Source: Amphiscolops sp. MND2022 (Eukaryota). From it: a DNA stretch of 64,000 nt. Made by a program: the position numbers and the translations under genes. The notes under the pieces are model-generated. The model made no database searches and was not told the DNA's origin. It saw nothing but the letters and a program-made list of their open reading frames with translations. This document shows positions 1 to 9,700 of this stretch, one piece after another; the first letter of the stretch is position 1, and every line of letters starts with the position of its first letter. The stretch spans positions 48,486,001 to 48,550,000 of the forward strand of contig OZ076409.1 in assembly GCA_964187785.1 (NCBI GenBank), read 5' to 3'.

Positions 1-1
1 A

Positions 2-3000
2 AATGCAAAGACTGCCTGCGACAATTGTGGAACTCTAGTCTCAAAACAAAACCTTGCAAAACACAAAAAGAGATGTTCAGTTGGGACATTATATTGCTCT
101 CAATGTCCCAATTTCTCAACCAAGTCCCAAAATGACTTGAATTACCACATTGCAAAGAAGCATGGGACTTCCAACCCTAAAACGACACACATTTGTAAAG
201 TGTGTAAAGAAGAATTCGCTGGCTTTTATGCACTACGTCAACACAAAAGTAAAATGCACGGTCTTAATTTGAAGAAAGACGATTCGTCTCCCCTTGTGGA
301 TGATATCGATGATGAAAGTTTCAAAGAAGAGCTACGTGCATGTGAACACTTTCTCGTGGACTCTGAATTTGAACGTGGGCGACATAAAGTGTTTAATTAC
401 GCTGTGGAGACACTAAACACGGAAATTGTCAATGATAAACTTGATAATTTCTTTTACAACTTGAAATGTGCCGCAAAAGTTAACCTCGCATTTGGATTCA
501 TTTTAAAAAATTTGGAAGATGGACGTTACCGATATTTCTACGCGCACGAAAACAATACTCTGTTGGATCGATCTCAACTTGTGTGCACCAAAGACGACTT
601 GACAAAATTGAAAAACATTGTCAATCAAACTGACGTAATCGAATCTTGTACCGCAGAAAGGATGAATACAAAGTGGAGGTTTTATAAGCTCACCAATTTA
701 ACTGTGTTTGCTGCTTTGCTCAAAGACATTCCCATGGGTTGTAGAGATGCTGTACTCCCTGATCCACTACTGAAAAACCATACTGTGAACTGTTTGACAT
801 TCGAGCAGAACACTAGACAACCCTATAACGACAACTTGTGTTTATTCAGAGCATTAGCACTTCATCTCCACGGAAATGAAAAATTGGAGGAAGAGACTTG
901 CAAATTGTTCAATTGTTATTTGGAAAAGAAAGGAGGAATAGAACCAGCAACCTTCCAAGGAGTCTGCGTGGACGATATTCCTCTTGTTGAAGACCTGATT
1001 CAAGTCAATATCTTTCTTTACGATATCGATATTGTGGATGGATCAATTGTTGGTGAACTCGCACGGAGGAGTGTTCAGAAGTATTGCAACACTGTCAGAT
1101 TATTGCGTTACAATAACCACATTTGTTACGTCTCCAATATCAATGCATTATTTAAAGCTTATCGTTGTTCAACTTGTAACCAGTTTTTCAACAAAACTGG
1201 AAACTTGGAACGTCACTTGGTAATTTGCAAGGATCGGATCAAACACGTTTATCCGAGAAATGTTTATCAATTGAGGGAAACGCTGTTTGATAAACTGGAC
1301 TTCTTTTCCATACCTTACACAAAAGAACAGCAATTGTTCAAAAACTTGGCCGTCTTTGACTTTGAATCAATTTGTGTGAGAGAGGAACAATTCAAGGATA
1401 CCGAGACAACACAGTGGATTGGGAAGCACGTGCCGATATCTGTATCTATATCGTCCAGCTTGATTGAAACCCCATTATTTCTTTGCAATTCCAACCCGCA
1501 AGATTTGGTTGAATCTTTTGTTGTTGCTCTGGAGAGTTTAGCCGCACAGAGCAAAGCTCAAATGAAACTACAGTTTTTAGATATCGAGACCAGCATCAAA
1601 AGCCGTCTTAATGCAATTTTTGCTGTACTCAATGAAAGACGTGGTCCACGAGAAACTGTGGTGGAATTTGAAGACGAATGTCTTGAGGTTGAAGAAAAAG
1701 ACGTTTCTACTCAGTTCTTGCAAATGCAAAAGAATCAACTCCTTGACTTGCAGGAACACTTGGAAAGATATTGCAACGTGTTACCAGTCTTTGGCTTCAA
1801 TAGTTCCAAATACGACATTAACCTTATCAAGCGTTATTTGTTACCCTTATTGGTTAACGAGAGAGAGCTGGAGCCAACAGTAATTAAAAAAGCGAATCAA
1901 TTTGTCTCTTTCAAGTTTGGAGATGTTCAGTTGCTGGATATTCTGAATTTCTTGGGTGGAGCAACCAGCCTTGATTCTTTCCTCAAAGCTTACAAGACGT
2001 CAGAGACGAAAGGTTACTTCCCATATGAATGGTTCGACTGTCCTGAAAAGCTGAATGATACGCAATTACCTCCATATGAATCATTTTTCAACAAGTTGCG
2101 AAATTCAAACCCCCTGGAGAGTGATTATACTGAATATGAAAAATTGCTCAAGAGTGGCTCATCTCCAGAGTCTGCCCTGAGCAAGATGCGCTTGAGTCAG
2201 CCTCCACTCACAGGGAAGCAAAATTATGAGTATCTCGTCAATATATGGGAGAGTGAGAAAATGACTACGTTCAAAGACTTTTTGCGCTGGTACAATAACA
2301 AGGACGTCGTTCCCACACTGGAGGCTATGCAGAAAATGATTGCATTTTACCACCACAAAGGAATTGATATGTTGAAGCTTGGTTGTACGTTACCCAATTT
2401 GGCCAACATATGTCTCCACAAGTCAACAAATGCGAAATTTTATCCTTTCACAGAGAACGATAAAGACTTGCTTGAAAAAATACGAGACGACATGGTTGGC
2501 GGTCCATCCATTGTATTTACAAGAAAAGCTGTTGTGAACGAGACACTTATCCGGGATTCAGCAAACGTTTGTAAATCAATAGTAGGTATTGATGCTAGCC
2601 AGCTTTACCCCTTCTCAATGTGCCAGGAAATGCCTACTGGTCTTTACACGCGATGGGATCTCGATCCAGAGTCTGGTAGATTCAGACCCCGCCAGAACAA
2701 GACGAGGAGCTTTGAGAACATGGTAATGTCTTACTATCAACGAATCAGACCAGACTGTAAAATTGTCAGCTTTTACACCACAGGAACACAGAAAAAGATT
2801 GACTGCTTCAGCGTTGACGGTTTCTGTGAACATTGTAACACTGTATTTGAAGCTATGGGGTGTTATTATCATTACTGTCCCTGTCAAGAAGCACGTCCTT
2901 CTCTTACAGAGGAAGAGATTCAGAGGGGAACGAAAAAGAGAGAGATGGATGAGTTGCGAAGACATTATTTAATGGAAAAGGGGTATACAGTTATGGAAAT

Positions 3001-4318
3001 GTATGAGTGTGAGTGGTGGCAGCTTTACAAAACCAACGTTGTAGTCAAGCAGCATTTACGTCAGTCTTTTCCTTACAAAATACCTCTCAGCGAAGAGAGA
3101 TTGTTGGAGAGAATCAAGAATGGAAGCCTTTTTGGATATGTTCAGTGTGATATTAAAGTTCCTCCAGAGCTCCGCGAACAGTTTGCTAACTTTCCTCCAA
3201 TCTTTAAAAATATTAACGTGGGCAGAGATGACATTGGATCGTTTATGAAAAATTATGCTGAACAAGAAGGACTTTTATCGCAACCGAGGAGAATGTTAAT
3301 TTCCAGCTATTCGTTGGAGAATGGAACACTAATTACACCTCTGTTACTCTTTTACTTGAGCTTGGGGTTGGTATGTAAAAAGATTTATCGTTTTGTTCAG
3401 TATACCCCTAAAAAATGCTTCAACAAGTTTGTTCAGTCCGCAGTCGATGCAAGAAGAGAAGGAGATGAGAATCCCAACTCCAGTGTTGTAGCGGAGACAA
3501 TGAAGCTGCTCGCAAACAGTTCGTACGGCTATCAAATTATGGACAGGAGCCGTCACACTGTTACAAAGTATTTATGTGAGGAAAAGGTGCACGCAGCTAT
3601 CAACAACAAAATGTTCAAGAGACTGAATATTATCGATGAGAAGTTGTACGAGGTGGAGCTTACAAAGTCTGAGATTGAGCACAGGGAACCAATCATTGTT
3701 GGATTCTTCATTCTGCAATATGCTAAATTGAGAATGTTGGAGCTCTATTACAACTTTTTCGTCAAGTATTGTGACATTAATAAGTTTGAGGAGCTTGAAA
3801 TGGATACAGACTCACTTTATCTTGCATTAGCAGAAGAAGAATTATATGACTGTATTCGCCCTGATAAAAAACGAGAGTGGATAGATTTCCGTTCCTCGGA
3901 TTGTGCAGACGACTTCAAAGCCAATGCAACAACAAATTTCTTTCCCCGTACTTGCTGCACAAAACACAAGAAACATGATAAGCGAGAACCTGGACTCTTC
4001 AAGGAAGAATTTCGTTGCACAGAAATGCTGTGTCTGTGCAGCAAGACGTATTGCTGTTATGATTCCCAATCACACAAATTCAAGTTTAGCAGCAAAGGAT
4101 TAAACAAGAGGACACTTGAAAGCAGTGGCGACGGACCAATGTCCAAATATAGAAAAGTTTTAGAGGAGACACTCAACGTGACGTCAACTAATCGTGGTTT
4201 TCGTGTAATTGATCACAATGTTGGTACTTATGAACAGACAAAAAAGGGACTCTCTTATTTTTATCCCAAGCGTATAGTTCAGGAAGATGGAATTCACACT
4301 CGTCCACTAACTATTTGA
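2..4318 (+). CDS. polB: Protein-primed family-B DNA polymerase (pPolB) of Polinton/Maverick type, 5'-partial, with zinc fingers, an OTU-like domain and a Vsr-like insertion
   Basis: The frame of ORF 137..4318 has no stop back to base 2 (NAKTACDNCGTLVSKQNLAKHKKRC...), so the true start lies outside the window. Motifs: ExoI VFDFES (~1358), ExoII GFNSSKYD, KGYFPYEWF, ExoIII YNNKDV, motif A DASQLYP (2591), motif B KLLANSSYG (~3503), motif C MDTDS (3800), C-terminal KTY and SKG. No introns, unlike the host genes. Confidence 0.95.
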   Translation, partial: NAKTACDNCGTLVSKQNLAKHKKRCSVGTLYCSQCPNFSTKSQNDLNYHIAKKHGTSNPKTTHICKVCKEEFAGFYALRQHKSKMHGLNLKKDDSSPLVDDIDDESFKEELRACEHFLVDSEFERGRHKVFNYAVETLNTEIVNDKLDNFFYNLKCAAKVNLAFGFILKNLEDGRYRYFYAHENNTLLDRSQLVCTKDDLTKLKNIVNQTDVIESCTAERMNTKWRFYKLTNLTVFAALLKDIPMGCRDAVLPDPLLKNHTVNCLTFEQNTRQPYNDNLCLFRALALHLHGNEKLEEETCKLFNCYLEKKGGIEPATFQGVCVDDIPLVEDLIQVNIFLYDIDIVDGSIVGELARRSVQKYCNTVRLLRYNNHICYVSNINALFKAYRCSTCNQFFNKTGNLERHLVICKDRIKHVYPRNVYQLRETLFDKLDFFSIPYTKEQQLFKNLAVFDFESICVREEQFKDTETTQWIGKHVPISVSISSSLIETPLFLCNSNPQDLVESFVVALESLAAQSKAQMKLQFLDIETSIKSRLNAIFAVLNERRGPRETVVEFEDECLEVEEKDVSTQFLQMQKNQLLDLQEHLERYCNVLPVFGFNSSKYDINLIKRYLLPLLVNERELEPTVIKKANQFVSFKFGDVQLLDILNFLGGATSLDSFLKAYKTSETKGYFPYEWFDCPEKLNDTQLPPYESFFNKLRNSNPLESDYTEYEKLLKSGSSPESALSKMRLSQPPLTGKQNYEYLVNIWESEKMTTFKDFLRWYNNKDVVPTLEAMQKMIAFYHHKGIDMLKLGCTLPNLANICLHKSTNAKFYPFTENDKDLLEKIRDDMVGGPSIVFTRKAVVNETLIRDSANVCKSIVGIDASQLYPFSMCQEMPTGLYTRWDLDPESGRFRPRQNKTRSFENMVMSYYQRIRPDCKIVSFYTTGTQKKIDCFSVDGFCEHCNTVFEAMGCYYHYCPCQEARPSLTEEEIQRGTKKREMDELRRHYLMEKGYTVMEMYECEWWQLYKTNVVVKQHLRQSFPYKIPLSEERLLERIKNGSLFGYVQCDIKVPPELREQFANFPPIFKNINVGRDDIGSFMKNYAEQEGLLSQPRRMLISSYSLENGTLITPLLLFYLSLGLVCKKIYRFVQYTPKKCFNKFVQSAVDARREGDENPNSSVVAETMKLLANSSYGYQIMDRSRHTVTKYLCEEKVHAAINNKMFKRLNIIDEKLYEVELTKSEIEHREPIIVGFFILQYAKLRMLELYYNFFVKYCDINKFEELEMDTDSLYLALAEEELYDCIRPDKKREWIDFRSSDCADDFKANATTNFFPRTCCTKHKKHDKREPGLFKEEFRCTEMLCLCSKTYCCYDSQSHKFKFSSKGLNKRTLESSGDGPMSKYRKVLEETLNVTSTNRGFRVIDHNVGTYEQTKKGLSYFYPKRIVQEDGIHTRPLTI

Positions 4319-4440
4319 CATTTCTATACATTTTAAATACATCTGTAGTACATTTATACATTATAATTTAATTTTTTTTCTATTTAAACATGATTTTTTT
4401 CCTCAACGTATAGTAGTCAATTAATGAGCTAAACCTTTAT

Positions 4441-4538
4441 GGCGTATAAATTATTTCCGTGGCGGATAAATTTTGCAGTGGCGGATAAAATATTCCGCAG
4501 GCGGATAAAATATTGCGCAGGCGGATAAATTATTGCTC
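4441..4538 (+). repeat. Five ~20-bp tandem units with core GGCG(G/T)ATAAA in the putative TIR
   Basis: Units start at 4441, 4461, 4480, 4500 and 4520, followed by (GGC)4. Confidence 0.9.
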
Positions 4539-4706
4539 GGCGGCGGCGGCAGCCACCCAAAAATTGCCCAGTCTCACAGTGCCGAAAATGTCGCACAGTG
4601 CCGAAAACCCTATACCCTACCTTAAAACATTGCCGAAGCTATTCCCTATCTTTATACATTGAGCACATCTTTATACATTGACAATCATGCTCATACCTTT
4701 GAGTCA

Positions 4707-4786
4707 AGTCGTCAGCCAATCAGAATCGAGCACGACTCGAGTCGGCAGCACGACTCGAGTCGTCAGCCAATCAGAATCGAGCACGA
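4707..4786. repeat. 29-bp direct repeat with CCAAT boxes bracketing two CGACTCGAGTCG palindromes
   Basis: AGTCGTCAGCCAATCAGAATCGAGCACGA at 4707-4735 and 4758-4786. Palindromes at 4733-4744 (12 bp) and 4750-4763 (14 bp). Confidence 0.9.
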
Positions 4787-5337
4787 TACGAAAAAAAATC
4801 AAACCCTACCGAGTCGTGAGGAGTGGAAGACCCTTCTCGGCTCTGGGCTCGAGTCGGCTCGCTATAGCCTATCTTAAAACATGTGGTCTTCCACCCCCCC
4901 CACCTGATCAGCTCCTATATATACTACTTTTAGTTTTACTTCTGTGTAACTTTACTTCTATTCTTATGGCACTTGGCATTGTTAATGCGAGGTCTGAGAA
5001 GCATGAGTACCTGCGTTCGAGTTCCGCATGAAAACTGCTTGCAAAGGTAGAGGATAGACCTGAGGGTCTCACCTTTAAGTTTTTTCCGCCACTATTTCTG
5101 ATTTTTTGAACTGAAGCCCCCTTTGGTTTCTAACAGGAACAAAGCCTTTCGAGCATAGAGGCCTCCTTGACAGGGTTTTCGGCAGTGTGCGACTTATCGA
5201 AGAAATGTTATTTTCACAATTTTTTTGAGGTTTCTTGTCTGTTGAGGAAAGCCGATTTCCGAGTCTTAAGTTAACCTCTTTGGTTAAAGGTGACCTCTGT
5301 TGGACTGATGATAGTTTTTCAATAATTATGAAAGACC

Positions 5338-6055
5338 GTTTTAGTCATCGCTTTTCTCAAGAAAAGAGTCGACTATAAGCATGGCTTTTCGTCAGTTTTT
5401 TTTCGATGCACCTGAACTATCCAAAATAGTTCTACCAATGTCCCTTTTTGGCAGTCTACACACTACATTTGTGCTGTAAAAAGTGCTAAGGAGTCATCTT
5501 CGACAAGAACACAACCCATACCGGATTTAACCCAAACCGGATTTAACGTTTCTTGGAGAATTTTTCAATGATACAAAAGGGTCCCCGCTTTTGATTTTTA
5601 GGATATAGTTGATACAAATTATTTGAAGCCAAAGGGTCCCATTTTAGATCTTTTTCTGTATTGTGAGACCTTATTCTTTTTCAACTTAACGGAACAGCTG
5701 TTTTATTCTAATACATCATCATACTTTTTAAAGCTTTTTTTCGCTCTGTGCGTTTTTTTCCGAAACTTTCATTTGGTCAAAGGGTACCCTCCCGCTTTCA
5801 TAGCGGATTTCGGCTTGAGAAGAGGTAGTTTTTCGAGTTAAAATATTTTCATGAGCCATCATGAGTCTTTTCCAAAAAAATTCACAAAAAAACATTTTTC
5901 GAAAAATTGATTTCGTTTCCAGTTGTGTAAAATGTGGTTTCCGAGTCTTATGCGTATCCCTTGGGGTATTTTTCGGCACTGAGAAAATGATAAAATGTCA
6001 AAAACCGTGTCCTTTGCATATTCAAGAAACTTGAGCGGGGCACCGGCTTGTTCGG
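5338..6055 (+). mobile_element. Degenerate Helentron-associated (HINE-like) element(s)
   Basis: 5' hairpin TTTAGTC...GACTA at ~5340-5375, internal TTTTCGGCACTG and GGGTCCCC motifs, and a 3'-like ...CCGGCTTGTT near 6043-6052. Same family as 35221-35583. Confidence 0.45.
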
Positions 6056-6738
6056 CTCTGTGCGACTTTTTACTTTTTTCTGTTCACTAGAGGTTTGGTG
6101 CTTCGTTTTTTTTTATCTCGAGTTTTCAAAGCTCGTTTTTCGTGCCAAAATGGTCACATCTTTGGGTAATTTCGGCACTGCAACTTTTTTTCGAACCGAA
6201 CCGAAAATATATTTTTTTGATTTTTCAGTAAAGAGGTCTTTTTTAACCCGGGAATGTACGTACCCCTTGGAAATTTTCCGATTACGAAAAATATCACAGT
6301 GTCATTGCGCTTCTTGTTCGTTTCTCCCTTCAGTGGGAAAGCTTTAAAAATAGTGGAACGAATTGACAAATGAATGTTTTTAAGTTCAAAGCTTTTAGGC
6401 GGTTTTCCGTGATATCATACCCTTTAGCCTTGTCTTTGTTACAATATTTCGCAACTCTTTGTACCTGAGAAACATTTCATGCTCGTATGTTTCGTTTGCT
6501 GTAGGTGGTCAAATGCTGAATTAAAAGTGGTCAAATGCTAAATGCGATACCTAAAAGCTTAGTACATTTAAATTTCTAAAAATATGTCTTCAACATAAAA
6601 AATCAGCAACCGAAGATAAGTCAAAATTTGTTGATACCAATGTAGTCAAGCTGTGAGGTTTTGGTTGGTGGCATGCGTTTGACTTTTTAATTTGATTGTG
6701 TATTTCTTCCTTTCAGAGAATTATTTCAGATTTTTAGA

Positions 6739-9700
6739 ATGAGTGCTAGTTCTACAGTTGCAAGTAACCCCTCAGTGAGTAATGGCAATGGGGGCGTGAA
6801 AAAGTTGGACAGCACAGGAGAGGCTTTCAAGAAAGTGTCTGCTTTCATTCACTGGAAACGAGAAAAGTTCCGGAAAGGTAAATTTTTAGTATTGTTTATA
6901 AATTTTTAGTCGACGCTATTTATTTCAATTCACGCGATCTGGCCTAAAAGTTTTACAAAGATCAATATTTTCAAATAAGATTTGAAAGCATCCAAAGCGG
7001 CCAAAAAGTCCTCCCTTTCGAAATATTTCATCTTTACTTGATCAAAACTGTATTTGATTCAAAACATCAATAAACCAAAAGGTGTTTTGCAACTTTTTTT
7101 GTTTTTTTTCTCACACCAATGATATACCACTTTTAGCTTTTCGTCACTAAAGAGTTGCCAAATAAGTTCTTTGCAATGCAGTTTTTTAGAATTTGCTTGA
7201 AACCACATTTAAGCATATTTAAGAGACTGCTCTTGTTGAGCTTAAGCGGAACGCCGACGTATGCCGATCCCGTTTTATTTCAATACTGTTGAGAAGGCTT
7301 CAAAAGGTGAGTTAGAAGGCTTCAAAAGGTGAGTTAGTTGTCCGGAGAGGTTCAAAACTGAAGCTTCTTTTGACTTACTGATATGACGAAAATTTTCTTG
7401 TGTGATAGAATTCAATAGTTGATTCAAAAATTATCTCTGTGGTTGATTCAAAAATGGATGCTATGGATGTGAAATTTTTTCTAGAAGCGGAAAAAATCTT
7501 CAATGAACAAGTGGCTGAACGGCAAAGAAAAGAAGAGGCGTTACGAAAACAGCAGTTGGAAAACGAACAGTGTATACAGAACCTCAATGAAGAAGTTAGT
7601 CATGGGCTGGAACACTTGACACCTGTGAATTTACTCGAGTTTATGTTCATTAACTGGACCCTTTGAGTTGACCGTTACTTGAATACGAAGCTGAAAACTA
7701 ACCTCCAAGTTGATTTAAATCTTCAAAAAAGCTTTTAATGGAATCGTGCATATCGGTAAAGCAATTTCTATTTTAATTATATTTAGGGTGACGCAACACT
7801 GATGATGTAATGGTGAAAATCGTCCATCTTGTTGAAAAATCAAATGAGTATTGGCCTGGTTTCCCAAGTAGATTATACCATTCATGGCAGGCTTCAGGCT
7901 CTTAGCATTGTCGTCGAAACATTCTTCATTCAGGAAGTGAAATGGTTTCTGTTTAGATAAGTAAATTGCAACAGAAAAAGCTTCAACTTGAACGTACTTA
8001 TACCAAAGACTTTGAAGACCTGAACAGAAAACTGAACCCTGACTCGAGGTCAAGACAAGAGTCGCACCACCACCACTTGAGGAGCCATGACACACACATG
8101 TTTGTATTTATTGTCTAGCTATATATTTTGAATTTCGACAGTTTCTAATTGTTATTGATCGTTTTTCAGGTCTCGTCATCATCACTCGAACCACAGATCA
8201 AATCGATCACCAGTGACATCAGGTAAAATTCCAAGCACTTGGACGTGTGGAAATACGAGAATTTCGGGTTTTAACACGATTTTTAAAATTTTTGATTTTC
8301 ATATATGTGCATTACATTTGTTTTTTTTTCTCTTATTTTGCAACAAGACGACTTTTATTGAGCTCTTGTTCATAATATAAATATATGAAATAAAGTTTAA
8401 AATGAATTATTTTGGGACGTTACTTCGTGGAAATATTAATAGTTTGAATTTTTAGGATGCACGCTTCCCCATGTATTTCAGGAAAATATCTTCAAAATAT
8501 TGCGACACTGAGAAAGACTACAAGCAATGATGACCAATAAACTTTTTGAATCGACAATGTAACATTTAGGGCTTTAGGGCGCAAGGTTTTTCCCGAAGGC
8601 CATTTTTTCAGATTAAATTATACGTAACTCTATGAACTCATGATATTTGTTCTGATCCTTATCGTTCCCAAGTTTTTCAAGCGCTTAATACTGGTTTCTG
8701 TTTAGGCCACACACCTCATGCTCACTCTCACTCTTTGCGAAGTGGAGCGGGCGGTTCTAGAGGCTACCAACAGATGCACCACCCCCATCACCAACACAAT
8801 CCTCATCATCACCCTCATCAATTACAGGTTAACTGCACAAAACAGTGCTAAATGTAATAGTCGACGGAATTTTTAAATTGAGAAATTGGGTTCAAAATAC
8901 AACGATTTCTACATATCTGGCTTAATATGCTTGTTTTCTTTGTGAGAAATTCCAGTTTTCTGCAGTTTAGAATTTCTATTGCAGTTAGTCACAGTTTGAT
9001 TGAATTTATTTGAATGTTGCTAAATGCTAGGAGCAACCGTTAGGAGGAAGATACCATTTCAGGGCATTTCATCGGGCACCCCTAAAGGGCTATCGCCCCC
9101 GGCATCTCAATTGAACAACACTGTACATCACCACTCTCGTCAGCAGTTGCACCATGATGTGACATCTTCTCGAAAGCGTAACCGAAGTCGCAGTCCTTCA
9201 CCACAATTAGTTAAGATGTACAGTGCCGGAGCCCCCAGACCAGTCACCCCCAGAGGGTCAGCCCTGTCGCCTGTGGCTCATGGGGTCAACTCTATTTGTC
9301 TGCCTCCTGGGAGCAATAACTCTCCGCATGCTTCCAGAACTTATTTTGACCAAGGTTTGTGTGAGTGGAGGCGGAAATTTGGTCGCCAAAAATTTTGTCG
9401 TATTAGCAAATCCAGAAGTTTCGTCGTCAGAAATTTCGTCGTATTGATTAGAATTAACCAGCGTTCACAAAAAGATATCATTTGAATTATTCAATTATTC
9501 AAAGTTAATTGCATTCAATCATTTCATCATGACGCTTATTGAGCAATGGTATATTTTCAGTCCTACCGGTGGAACTACTTACCTGGAATTTACAATACAA
9601 TTTAAGGTTGTTCCAGGGGAAATTTTTGCTTTTTCGTCAGAAAATTATCAAACAATCCTGGTAATTTTTGTGCTTTGAGTGTCGAAACAACTTCGTGTTG

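Larger units (their letters stand above)
1..4928 (+). mobile_element. Right end of a Polinton/Maverick-like element (endogenous polintovirus/adintovirus)
   Basis: pPolB ORF, then ~600 bp of non-coding repeat-rich DNA ending in TATATACTACT (4928). The reverse complement AGTAGT is a typical Polinton terminus. The left TIR, integrase and capsid genes are not in the window. Confidence 0.8.

Noticed and set aside
137..139. ORF-track start of the polymerase
   Set aside because: It is a TTG codon in a frame already open from base 2; the real start is upstream of the window.
4441..4786. CRISPR-like appearance of the spaced repeats
   Set aside because: Eukaryotic context, no unique spacers of uniform length and no cas genes.
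4659..5031. ORFs of 72 and 117 aa after polB
   Set aside because: They translate the terminal repeats, and the longer one crosses the element boundary; no coding signal.
7292..7337. 22-bp tandem duplication containing GTGAGT as an extra coding exon
   Set aside because: The candidate exons either shift the frame (13 nt) or contain a stop.
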